Part shown: one piece after another, positions 54,580-64,000 of the stretch
How the letters are laid out: each line of letters opens with the position of its first letter
Position numbering within the stretch: the stretch's first letter is position 1
Origin: a virus
Length of the DNA stretch: 64,000 nt
Virus record (IMG/VR): IMGVR_UViG_3300047476_000639
Span: 1-64,000 of that record
Reading direction: 5' to 3' (one strand)
Notes under the pieces: generated by a model
Told to the model about the DNA's origin: nothing
Seen by the model: only the letters and a program-made list of their open reading frames with translations
Database searches by the model: none
Translations under genes and position numbers: made by a program

Positions 54580-55905
54580 ATGGCTTCAATTTTTTCTGAA
54601 AACCTTAAGATTTACAATGCGGAACAATTCAAAAAGTCTGTATCTGATCAAGGTCCAACAAATATCTACCTGACAATTGGAAAAGTAAGAGCTTGGTCAA
54701 ACGATGCGGCACCACCTCAGGCCAACTCTTCTGTTGGTGCATTTAATGATGTATGGCAGAATATGATTGCAGCTAAACTCATTAGTGGTGGTGATGTTCG
54801 TCACGGTATCAGAAGAATTGATTGGTCGGCCAACACAGAATACAATCAATATCATCATTGCACCTGTTCTCTACTTTATGATAGCACAGATTTCTATGTA
54901 CTGACTACAGATTGGAATATCTATAAGTGTTTGTCTAATGCAATTGGGTCACTATCGACAGTGATGCCAACTCAGACAATTACAGATGCTTCTGTTGAAG
55001 AACAAGACGGATATATCTGGAAGTATATGTACACGCTGACAGCCGAAGAGCGCATTAGATTTTTGACAAATGACCATATGCCAGTCAAAACACTCTTGGT
55101 TGATAACAACACTCTACAATGGCAGGTTCAAGACGATGCAAAAGTTGGCTCTATCGATATCATCAGAGTTGATAATGTAGGATCAGGTTATACAAATGCC
55201 AACAGCATCACAGTAACTATTACTGGTGATGGTACCGGTGCATCAGCAAGAGCAAAGGTCAATACAATATCAAATACGATCTCTGCTATTATCATGGTCA
55301 ATCATGGACTAAACTATACAACAGCCAATGTTTCTATCTCAGACACAGGCAGCGGCGTTGGTGCTGAAGCTTCTGTGGTGTTTCCGCCTCCCGGCGGCCA
55401 TGGTTCAGATGCGATGCGTGAACTTGGCGGTTCATATTTGATACTTAATCCAAGACTAAAATCATCAGAAGACGGTAAAATATCCATAAATAACGAGTAT
55501 AGACAGATTGCGATTATTCAAGATCCGATAGTTGCAGGTACAGGTAATGTTGCTTCAAATACAACATACTCTCAAGTGCTTAGACTAACAATGAGCCCCG
55601 GTTCAATTGATTTCTTAGAAGATGAGTATGTATATCAAGGCGGTTCTTTAGCTACTGCAACGTTCAAAGGTTTGGTTGTTGATTTTGACACTAGCAACAA
55701 CATACTGCAATTGACAGATACTTTTGGTGATGTGACTTCTTCTCTGCTTCAAGGCGCCAATAGCGGCGCGGCCCGATTTGTTGAGTCCATCACAGAAAAA
55801 GAATTAAGACCATACAGCGGCAACTTGCTGTATATTGATCAGATATCACCTATTGAAAGAGCGGCTGATCAAACAGAAGATTATAAGATAGTGTTGAAGT
55901 TTTAA
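54580..55905 (+). CDS. baseplate / tail-fibre structural protein
   Basis: 441 aa; DNVGSGYTNANSITVTITGDGTGASA repeat module. Confidence 0.45.
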   Translation: MASIFSENLKIYNAEQFKKSVSDQGPTNIYLTIGKVRAWSNDAAPPQANSSVGAFNDVWQNMIAAKLISGGDVRHGIRRIDWSANTEYNQYHHCTCSLLYDSTDFYVLTTDWNIYKCLSNAIGSLSTVMPTQTITDASVEEQDGYIWKYMYTLTAEERIRFLTNDHMPVKTLLVDNNTLQWQVQDDAKVGSIDIIRVDNVGSGYTNANSITVTITGDGTGASARAKVNTISNTISAIIMVNHGLNYTTANVSISDTGSGVGAEASVVFPPPGGHGSDAMRELGGSYLILNPRLKSSEDGKISINNEYRQIAIIQDPIVAGTGNVASNTTYSQVLRLTMSPGSIDFLEDEYVYQGGSLATATFKGLVVDFDTSNNILQLTDTFGDVTSSLLQGANSGAARFVESITEKELRPYSGNLLYIDQISPIERAADQTEDYKIVLKF

Positions 55906-55920
55906 GAGGAAGAATAAAAA

Positions 55921-58900
55921 ATGGCAAATACAGCCAATGGCAAGTTGACTACAGATTTCAATGTATATCCTTATTACGATGACTACGATGAAGGTAAGAA
56001 ATTCTATCGCATTCTCTATAAGCCAGGCTTTGCAGTTCAGGCTAGAGAGCTTACTCAAATGCAGACAATGCTGCAAAAGCAGATCGATAGATTTGGTAAG
56101 CATATCTTCAGAGAAGGATCTATCGTTCTTCCCGGTAAGTTCAACATTGAAAAAGATGTGCCTTATGTAAAGGTACGTGACGTTGATGATTCCAATGTTG
56201 CCATCTCTATTTCAGATTATAAGAAGTATGTTGTAACAAATGATGCTAACGGACTTGAAGCATTTATTGAAGATGTTGTAGATGGTACAGAAACAACCGC
56301 CAATACCAAGACGATCTTCGTCACATACAATAACTCTGCAACGTCTAACTCTGATATCGTAACATTCCAGACCGGTGATACACTTACAACCAATATTGGT
56401 AAACTTATTGTTGTATCATCTGTTCCAGCAGGTGCAAACAATGCTACTGGTAAAGGCACTCGCTTTGTTATTGAACAAGGCGTTCTATTCGCTAAAGAAC
56501 ATTTCATTTACTTCCCAACATCATCTATCGTTCTTTCTCCATATTCACAGACATTCTCTGGTATTGTAGGCTTTACCATTACAGAAAAGATTATCACTGC
56601 GGCACAGGACTCAAGCCTTCTTGATCCAGCATTGGAGTCTTCAAACTACTCCGCGCCGGGCGCAGATAGACTACAGCTAGATATTTCTCTGCAATCATAT
56701 AGTCTTGATGAAGTCATTGATAACCCAGATTTTATTCAGTTGTTCTCTATCCGTGATGGTATTGTTACAGAAATCTATGATAGACCTATGTACAATATTC
56801 TTCGTGATGAAATGGCAAAGCAGAGATTTGATGAGTCCGGTGACTATTACGTACATGGTCTAGGCGTTCGTCTACGTGAGAATTTGAACATAGCAAATAA
56901 TGGCGGTCTTCTTGCTACAGGCAACAACGAATTGTTGTCAGTAGGTGTTGAGCCTGGTATTGGTTATGTTAAAGGTTATGAAGTCAATAAACTTGTAACT
57001 GAATATGTTTCTATTGAAAAAGGACTATCAAACACAACAGTCAATACGCAAATCTCAAGCGCATCAATGGGCAGCTATGTTACATTGAATGAGTTTATCG
57101 GATCTCTTGACCACGACAAAGGCCAACAAGTTGTCCTATATGATAAAGCAGACAAGAGACTGACAAACAAACTATACACCGGTGCACCAACAGGTAACTC
57201 TATCGGTACAGCCAGAATGATGGCTTATGAATATAATTCAGGTGTGTTAGGTACTCCTTCTGGTACAGTTGATTTCTATGTTACAGACCTAAGAATGAAC
57301 GGCACGAATGCTTTTGCAAATGTAAAAAGTTTTTATGCGCCAACAACAGGATTAGGTGGTGACATTGTACTAAATGTCAATGAAACAGAAACTATTTTAA
57401 GAGATTCAACAACATCCGCTCTATTATACCCTGTTGGTTCTTATGCGGTAAAAGACTTGAAGGATTCTTCTGGTAATCCAAGAACAACATTCAACTTCAA
57501 GAGAACATCTGCGGTATCACCTATTACTACATCAGGCACAGTTACTCTTACTCTTGGTACATCTGGTATTGGTGAAACTCTTCCATATGGTACAGACTCC
57601 GATCTTTCTGACAGTGACAAGAGAGAGATCATATTCACACTTGACAGCAATGTGAACATTGCAGGACCAGGTACAGTAAACATATCATCTGGTTCAGATA
57701 TTCTTACAGGTACAAGTACAGAATTCTTAAAGTATAATAGTGGCGACAAGATTGAAATTCAAGGTATTGCCAACACATATTACATTGCTGCAATCGAAAC
57801 TGATCTAAGACTTAGACTTACAGAAAATGTCATGTCTTCTGGTGTGACAGGAAATACATACAACAAAGTCTACAAAGCAGGTGATGTAATTGACCTTACA
57901 ACAAAAGGTAACACTGGATTAAAGAGAATTGTTTCTACAACATCAACTCAGTTATCATTCGATCTGAAAGAAATATATCCAACAAGCATTACAGGTAAAG
58001 TAACATATCAAGTTGTCCGTCCTAATAGTGCCGAAGTTACAAAAAATCTATCACAAGAAAGATATGTGAAGATTAATTGTTCTACAGCAGGTACAGTCGG
58101 ACCATTCAATCTTGGTTTTGCTGATGTGTATCGCATAAGAAAGATCATCAAGAAATCTGGTAGCTACCCAACAAGTCTTTCAGATGGTACAGATGTGACA
58201 TCACTATTCACGTTTGATAATGGTCAGCGTGATATGTACTATGAACACGGTAGCATCAAGCCTAACTTTGCATTGGGCACAAATGATAGATTGCTCGTTC
58301 AGCTTGACTATTTCATTCCTACATCATCACCAGGATTTGGATACTTCTCTGTTGAATCATATCCAGTAGATGATGATAGCTCACCTGCTGTAAGAACAAT
58401 AAGAACTGAGAACATACCGATCTATAGGTCTCCAATAACTGGTGCATCATATGATCTAAGAAATTATATTGATTTTAGACAGGTAAAAGCAAGTACTGCA
58501 TATGATCCTGGCGCAGCAACTACAATGGTAATTGCAGATGCAACTGAAAATCCTACTGTATCATCTACATTCATTGCTGATACGAATGGATTCAGATTGC
58601 CAGTTCCTTCTTCACAGCTAAGTTATGACTTCTCTTATTATCTTCCAAGAAGAGATGTTGTGGTCATTGACAAAAATGGCATCATATCTGTTGTCAAAGG
58701 TGTGCCTTCATCTTCACCTATTTCACCAGATATTCCTGCGAATTCAATGTCTCTGGCAAATCTATACATTGCACCATATCCTTCTCTTGCTCCAAATTAT
58801 GGACAAGCAATTCGTAGAAGAGACCTTGCATGTAATGCAATAAAGACATCTAACATTCGCTTTACTATGCGTGACATTAACGTATTGAAGGAAAGAATTG

Positions 58901-61900
58901 TCAACCTTGAATACTACACAAGTTTGAATCTTCTTGAAAAGACTGCCTCTGATCTCAAGATAAGAGATGAAAACGGACTTGAAAGATTTAAGAGTGGTAT
59001 TTTTGTAGATACATTCAGTGATCACAATAATGGTGATATAACAAATCCTGAGTATAAGATTGTAGTGGATCCAAAAGAACTTTCAATTCGTCCACAATAT
59101 ACAATGCACTCAATCGATTATGATCTGGTAGCAAACACCAATGTTGTAAAGACTGGTGATTTGATAACTCTACCATACACACATGTTACCTTGATTGACC
59201 AGCCAAGAGTTACAACATTCAGAAACATTGAGCTTTCAACATATCGCTTCATTGGTAATCTATATCTGTATCCAGATACCGATGTTTGGAGTGACACAGA
59301 TTACATTGCTGATGAAATCATATTTTCTGGACCAAATCCTAATTCTGTTCAGCAAGGAACAACTACAACATGGAATGCATGGCAGACAACTATTGTTGGT
59401 CAAACTTATCAAGATGCACTTTATGGCGGCGGCGGTTCTGGTACAGGTAATCCAAATGATCCTAAGATTTGGGGTAAACCAACAGCATTCACAGGTTCAC
59501 CTACAAAATTTGTAGACAGGGCTGCTACAGGTAATGGTATCGTGGCATCACTCACAACAGTAAGTGATAATGACTACAAGATCACCGAACTTTCAAAGAA
59601 GACGAGAACTGGTGTTGAAACAACAACATCGCTATCAGAAAAGTCTGAAACAATAGGTTCTAAGCTTCTTGACGTTTCGTTAAAGCCATATATCCGTGCA
59701 AGAACAATTCAAGTAAATGGTAAAGGTCTAAAGGCCAATACCAAATACTTCGTGTTCTTTGATGGTGAAAACATGTCAAACACAGGTATCACATCTTTTG
59801 TGAGACCTCTGTCAAAGAATGAATTTACAGCCGAAGCGGCAAACGTAGAAAACACTACTCTAACAACATACACATATAATCTTGGCTCTGATCTGAAGTC
59901 AGATGCGAACGGTGAAATCTTCTTCAATATGACAATTCCGCCTGGTATTTTCAGAATGGGATCAAGAGAAGTCATTGTAACGGATAGTCCAACAAACGCT
60001 GTAGATGCTTCAAGTTATGCAAAGAAAGAATATGTTGCAGCAGGATTAAGCGAAACAAAACAGAACTCAATTCTGACAACTCGCTCTGTTTCTGTTACAA
60101 CAAAACCATTGACAGAAACAGTTGATCAGACAAAAGTATATTACGTAAACAACATTTCATGTTCTGGTTACTCATTTATTCCAAAAGCTCCAGAAGGTGA
60201 AGAAGGCGTCTTCTTGACTAAACTTGATATGTGGTTTGCAGCAAAGCATCCTACACTTGGTGTGTGGGTAGAAATTCGTGAAATGGATAATGCTGGTGGT
60301 GTTACACGTAACCAAGTACCATTCTCAGAAGTATGGTTGACACCAGCACAAATGAATGTTGCTTCTGCTTCAGATGTGAAGAATGGAACTAATGGAACAA
60401 CAATTACATTCCCTGCACCTGTGTTCTTGTATAACGACACACAGTATGCATTCATCATTCACACTGTAGGTTTGAATCCAGACACATATTTCTGGGTATC
60501 TAGAGTTGGTGAAACAGATGTCAGAACAGGTCAAAAAGTTAATGCAAGACCTCTGACAGGCACATTCTATACAACAAATAACAATCTGAACTGGGACATG
60601 GTTCCAGATATTGACTTGTTCATCAAGTTCTATAGAGCTTCTTTCAGCACAGGCGTAACAGGTCAAGTTGTTCTAGGTAATAAACCAATTGAAAGAGCAA
60701 TTCTTGGCAACTTGAGTTCTTCAATTGTGAAGAATGGTGAAAGATTTGTCGGCAACGATAGATTGACACTAACTGGCAACACAACAAACAGAGGTGATGG
60801 AAACGCTCTCATTGTAGGTGATAGACTTATCGGTCAAAACTCCGGCGCTAACGCTGCCATCTTGAGCATCTCTGGCTCAGTATATGCTGTAGCAAACAAT
60901 CTTTACATATCAGGTGAAAGATTGACGCTTGCAAATGCAAATGGTACAACATATGCAAACACTTCTGTGATCAGCTTGAAGAGAACAGGACAAGCAATTC
61001 TTTCAGATTACAAAGTGTTTGAAGGTCTAAACCGTGCTGAGTTTGAAAAATCAAGCGGTAACTTCTATGTTGGTGACACAATTCGTGGTGTAACATCAGG
61101 AATTACAGCAACAATCGATGCTATTGCAAATCAGAGATACTCTTTGATCGATGTTGAACCAAGCTATATCAAATTCAATAAGACTTCAGTTGGATTTGAA
61201 GTAAGAACAACAGCCAACAATACAGCGGCTCTTGATAGCTATATCTCAGTGAATGATGGTCAGAATTATGAGTTTGACAATGAAAAAGTTATTCTCTCAA
61301 GATCATACGAAAAAGATGGTCTAGGCGGTAGCAGATCAAGCAATCTTAGAATTAGCATGTCAACAACAACAAACTATCTGTCTCCTGTTATTGACCTTGC
61401 AAAGACACAATCTGTTATCGTTGATAATATCATCAATGCAAATACAAAGGCAGAGAGTGCTGTTAACAAATTGACTTTGACTTTGACAACAGCAGCTAAC
61501 GGAACAATCAATGTTTCTGACAGACTTGTTGGTTCAAATTCGGGTGCAAATCTGATTGTCGAAGCCGTTGACGGAAGCAATTACATAATGTCAGCAAACG
61601 GTTTCTTCAACAGTGAACTTGTTATTGCATATAACAGCGATATGTCTTCAAAGAATACAGGTAATACTGTAAGCGCAACAGTGACAAATCTGTTCAATGT
61701 AAGAAGCGTTGATAGTGGTAAGCTCTTCAACAAGTATATCTCTCAACCAATCACACTTGCTGAAGGTCAAGATGCTGAAGATATTCGTGTGATCATAACT
61801 GCATACAGACCACCTTCAACAGACATCAAGATTTGGTTTAAGCCACGTCACAATGAAGATCCAGACACACTTGATGTTCTGCCTTGGATTGAACTTGAGA

Positions 61901-62184
61901 AGTCTGACGATACTGTATACTCATCTCTTGTAAATAGAAATGACTTTAAGGAATTTAACTATGTGATTCCTGCAAGACACTTGACAGGTAATAACTATGC
62001 ACAGAGCGGAAGTTCTCTTGGTGTATTCCAATACAGAAACACAAACAATACACAGTTTACTGGTTACAGATCATATCAGATCAAGATCGGTCTGCTTGGT
62101 GGTCCAGAAAACACTACAGATCCTATAAACAGTGCGATAGTTCCAAGAGTTGCAGACCTTCGTGTCATTGCGTTGCAGATATAA
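55921..62184 (+). CDS. giant structural protein (2087 aa), probable fibre or baseplate-distal component
   Basis: Uninterrupted 6.3-kb ORF; Thr/Ser/Asn/Gly-rich and beta-rich. Confidence 0.55.
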   Translation: MANTANGKLTTDFNVYPYYDDYDEGKKFYRILYKPGFAVQARELTQMQTMLQKQIDRFGKHIFREGSIVLPGKFNIEKDVPYVKVRDVDDSNVAISISDYKKYVVTNDANGLEAFIEDVVDGTETTANTKTIFVTYNNSATSNSDIVTFQTGDTLTTNIGKLIVVSSVPAGANNATGKGTRFVIEQGVLFAKEHFIYFPTSSIVLSPYSQTFSGIVGFTITEKIITAAQDSSLLDPALESSNYSAPGADRLQLDISLQSYSLDEVIDNPDFIQLFSIRDGIVTEIYDRPMYNILRDEMAKQRFDESGDYYVHGLGVRLRENLNIANNGGLLATGNNELLSVGVEPGIGYVKGYEVNKLVTEYVSIEKGLSNTTVNTQISSASMGSYVTLNEFIGSLDHDKGQQVVLYDKADKRLTNKLYTGAPTGNSIGTARMMAYEYNSGVLGTPSGTVDFYVTDLRMNGTNAFANVKSFYAPTTGLGGDIVLNVNETETILRDSTTSALLYPVGSYAVKDLKDSSGNPRTTFNFKRTSAVSPITTSGTVTLTLGTSGIGETLPYGTDSDLSDSDKREIIFTLDSNVNIAGPGTVNISSGSDILTGTSTEFLKYNSGDKIEIQGIANTYYIAAIETDLRLRLTENVMSSGVTGNTYNKVYKAGDVIDLTTKGNTGLKRIVSTTSTQLSFDLKEIYPTSITGKVTYQVVRPNSAEVTKNLSQERYVKINCSTAGTVGPFNLGFADVYRIRKIIKKSGSYPTSLSDGTDVTSLFTFDNGQRDMYYEHGSIKPNFALGTNDRLLVQLDYFIPTSSPGFGYFSVESYPVDDDSSPAVRTIRTENIPIYRSPITGASYDLRNYIDFRQVKASTAYDPGAATTMVIADATENPTVSSTFIADTNGFRLPVPSSQLSYDFSYYLPRRDVVVIDKNGIISVVKGVPSSSPISPDIPANSMSLANLYIAPYPSLAPNYGQAIRRRDLACNAIKTSNIRFTMRDINVLKERIVNLEYYTSLNLLEKTASDLKIRDENGLERFKSGIFVDTFSDHNNGDITNPEYKIVVDPKELSIRPQYTMHSIDYDLVANTNVVKTGDLITLPYTHVTLIDQPRVTTFRNIELSTYRFIGNLYLYPDTDVWSDTDYIADEIIFSGPNPNSVQQGTTTTWNAWQTTIVGQTYQDALYGGGGSGTGNPNDPKIWGKPTAFTGSPTKFVDRAATGNGIVASLTTVSDNDYKITELSKKTRTGVETTTSLSEKSETIGSKLLDVSLKPYIRARTIQVNGKGLKANTKYFVFFDGENMSNTGITSFVRPLSKNEFTAEAANVENTTLTTYTYNLGSDLKSDANGEIFFNMTIPPGIFRMGSREVIVTDSPTNAVDASSYAKKEYVAAGLSETKQNSILTTRSVSVTTKPLTETVDQTKVYYVNNISCSGYSFIPKAPEGEEGVFLTKLDMWFAAKHPTLGVWVEIREMDNAGGVTRNQVPFSEVWLTPAQMNVASASDVKNGTNGTTITFPAPVFLYNDTQYAFIIHTVGLNPDTYFWVSRVGETDVRTGQKVNARPLTGTFYTTNNNLNWDMVPDIDLFIKFYRASFSTGVTGQVVLGNKPIERAILGNLSSSIVKNGERFVGNDRLTLTGNTTNRGDGNALIVGDRLIGQNSGANAAILSISGSVYAVANNLYISGERLTLANANGTTYANTSVISLKRTGQAILSDYKVFEGLNRAEFEKSSGNFYVGDTIRGVTSGITATIDAIANQRYSLIDVEPSYIKFNKTSVGFEVRTTANNTAALDSYISVNDGQNYEFDNEKVILSRSYEKDGLGGSRSSNLRISMSTTTNYLSPVIDLAKTQSVIVDNIINANTKAESAVNKLTLTLTTAANGTINVSDRLVGSNSGANLIVEAVDGSNYIMSANGFFNSELVIAYNSDMSSKNTGNTVSATVTNLFNVRSVDSGKLFNKYISQPITLAEGQDAEDIRVIITAYRPPSTDIKIWFKPRHNEDPDTLDVLPWIELEKSDDTVYSSLVNRNDFKEFNYVIPARHLTGNNYAQSGSSLGVFQYRNTNNTQFTGYRSYQIKIGLLGGPENTTDPINSAIVPRVADLRVIALQI

Positions 62185-62187
62185 GAG

Positions 62188-62397
62188 GTGATGATGTCGG
62201 ACATAAAAACAGATGTACATGGTATATACAGAACGGAACAGGGTTATCTTATAAATAAAGATAACGAAAGTCTGCAAAACTACAGAACAACAAAAATGAG
62301 AATGTCTCAAATGAAGAGTGTTGTGAACGATGTTGAGCAACTAAAAAAAGATATGTCCGAAATAAAAGAATTACTAATAAAGGCGTTAAATAAATGA
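62188..62397 (+). CDS. small coiled-coil protein (possible fibre assembly factor)
   Basis: 69 aa between two fibre genes; ATGA overlap. Confidence 0.35.
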   Translation: MMMSDIKTDVHGIYRTEQGYLINKDNESLQNYRTTKMRMSQMKSVVNDVEQLKKDMSEIKELLIKALNK

Positions 62398-63905
62398 CTA
62401 TTGCTAACGTATCGTTATCGGATACATTTTACCAGTGGATGGTAACAACAAACCAATTGATTGTTCAATATGGTGAAACAAACCAGCTGGCTGTCAGTGC
62501 ATACAACACTACAAATGCAGCGTCATTTACTGCGGCCAATATCTCTGCCGCAATACTGATTGCAAACACTCAGTTCAACAATGTTATCATTGATGCTGTT
62601 GTCACATCAGGTAATCTTGCCAACAACGTAATTGCAAACACAACTGTATTAACTCAGTTCTATAATAACTCAAATACAAATGCAAATACTACTACAACAA
62701 ATATAGTCTACAACACTGGTTACGTGAGCAACGTAGCCAATCTGATGATAGATGACGGTAAAACAGCAAATGTTGTTGCTAATAACTCAGTCTTGGTTAA
62801 ACTACTGAGAGATTCCGCTAACGTATCATCTAATAGCGGCGCATACAATCTTATTGCTTCTGTCGGTTATACCAATAATGTTGCCAATGTACTCATAGAG
62901 TATGGTCAAGTTGCTAATACCGTAGCCAATAATAGTGTTCTCACCAAACTATTGAGAGATTCCGCTAATGTATCTGCCAATAGTGGTGCATATAATCTCG
63001 TTTCAACCGTAGACTATACCAATACATTAGTTGTTACACTAGAAAATAATGGTGTAGTGGCTAATACTGTAGCCAACAACACTGTTCTAGTAAAGTTGCT
63101 TAGAGATTCGGCCAATGCGGCAGCAATCAGTAACAGCTATGAACTACTCTCAACATCAGAGTATACTAATAACGTTGCAAATATCATCATTGATAATGGC
63201 CAAGTTGCAAACACCGTAGCCAACAACACTGTTCTAGTCAAAATACTAAAAGACACATCAAATGTCTCGGCAAATAGTGGTGCATACAATCTTATCGGTT
63301 CTGTTGCATACACCAACAATGTGGCAAATGTGATTGTCGCCGGCGGCACAGTTCCAAATGTCATAGCAAATAACGCAACAGTTCTAAATCAACTGTACAC
63401 TAATGCTAATACAAAAACCAATGAGATAATCTATAGTACAAGCTTCACAAACAATGTGGTGAATGCATTTATCGCTGCGGAATCTAGCAACATTTCAAAC
63501 GCTGTTCTTGCCAACACCGTAGTTCTTAATACGATTTACGACAATGCAAACGTCATAGCTAACGCTACAGCATCGAATGTTGTATTCAGTAATGCGTTCA
63601 TTGATTCCACGATCACATTGCTTATTGAACAAGGTCAGTTGGCAAATGCTGTTCTTCAAGATCCAAACGTTACAGCTACGATTTATAACACCGCTAACAT
63701 TCAAGTTGATAACTATCTTGCTAACACAAATATCAATGCTGCTTGGTCACAAGCTAACACTGCCAGAGTACATGCCAACAACGCATTTGCAAAAGCTAAT
63801 GCCGCTCTAGCCAACACAACAGCTTATACACTGACCATAACCGATTTGATCATTACAGGAAACGTAACGTTATCCGGTGCAACCTCTGTATTGAACTTAC
63901 TATAA
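62394..63905 (+). CDS. tail fibre protein with about 41-aa tandem repeats
   Basis: Repeats of VANTVANNTVLVKLLRDSANVSANSGAYNL...YTNNVANVI, seven to eight copies. Confidence 0.55.
   Translation: MTIANVSLSDTFYQWMVTTNQLIVQYGETNQLAVSAYNTTNAASFTAANISAAILIANTQFNNVIIDAVVTSGNLANNVIANTTVLTQFYNNSNTNANTTTTNIVYNTGYVSNVANLMIDDGKTANVVANNSVLVKLLRDSANVSSNSGAYNLIASVGYTNNVANVLIEYGQVANTVANNSVLTKLLRDSANVSANSGAYNLVSTVDYTNTLVVTLENNGVVANTVANNTVLVKLLRDSANAAAISNSYELLSTSEYTNNVANIIIDNGQVANTVANNTVLVKILKDTSNVSANSGAYNLIGSVAYTNNVANVIVAGGTVPNVIANNATVLNQLYTNANTKTNEIIYSTSFTNNVVNAFIAAESSNISNAVLANTVVLNTIYDNANVIANATASNVVFSNAFIDSTITLLIEQGQLANAVLQDPNVTATIYNTANIQVDNYLANTNINAAWSQANTARVHANNAFAKANAALANTTAYTLTITDLIITGNVTLSGATSVLNLL
62620..63600 (+). 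repeat. in-frame tandem repeat of about 123 bp (41 aa), seven to eight copies, within the fibre gene
   Basis: Recurring gttgctaata..gtagccaataa...ttgagagattccgctaatgtatc...agtggtgcatataatct units. Confidence 0.55.
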
Positions 63906-63915
63906 AGGAAATAAT

Positions 63916-64000
63916 ATGTCTGCATACGTAGAATTGTTCATGGATCAGGGTGCTTCGTTTAACAACGTCATCAACCTGTCTGATGATATTACCAATGCAA
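63916..64000 (+). CDS. hypothetical protein, 5' fragment truncated by the window end
   Basis: ATG after aaaggaaataat; MSAYVELFMDQGASF... Confidence 0.35.
   Translation, partial: MSAYVELFMDQGASFNNVINLSDDITNA

Noticed and set aside
62620-63600. Regular 123-bp periodic repeats considered as a possible CRISPR-like or satellite array
   Set aside because: The repeats are in-frame within a continuous 503-aa ORF and diverge at the codon level. They are protein tandem repeats of a fibre, not a CRISPR array, and there are no unique spacers.

Overview
The window looks like one contiguous stretch of a T4-like (Tevenvirinae-type) lytic myophage genome: about 40% GC, densely packed with short overlapping genes. 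An early and DNA-metabolism region on the + strand (71..38444) carries several clear T4 homologues: RNase H, the gp33-like/gp59/gp32 gene order, RnlA, a split Pnk, NrdC-like glutaredoxin, a gp61-like primase and PhoH. It also carries ThyX, a class II-like ribonucleotide reductase, a GH19 endolysin, an SPFH protein, an ADP-ribosyltransferase and a PPP-family phosphatase. A short minus-strand block (38499..44010) encodes a large virion protein with peptidoglycan-hydrolase-like motifs and a PD-(D/E)XK nuclease. A + strand baseplate and tail-fibre module (44049..64000) follows, with gp53-like, gpV/gp5-like spike, gp25-like and gp6-like genes, a 2087-aa giant protein, a repeat-containing fibre and a free-standing GIY-YIG homing endonuclease. 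The most notable calls are four. First, a phage-encoded permuted (two-piece) tmRNA with an alphaproteobacterial-style ANDN...ALAA tag at about 35483..35800. Second, a rearranged tRNA-repair cassette: Pnk phosphatase, a TyrRS-C-terminal-like S4 tRNA-binding protein, Rnl1 and Pnk kinase as four separate genes. Third, at least five proteins share a T4-IPIII-like N-terminal capsid-targeting sequence (MKT-x-K/L-x-F/Y-L-x-E-E/A), among them a LysM protein, a methyltransferase-like protein and an Alt-like ADP-ribosyltransferase. Fourth, two GC-rich islands with host-like codon usage and their own sigma70-type promoters. No integrase, CRISPR array or rRNA was seen. All calls rest on motif recognition by eye and positional logic; no database search was run.
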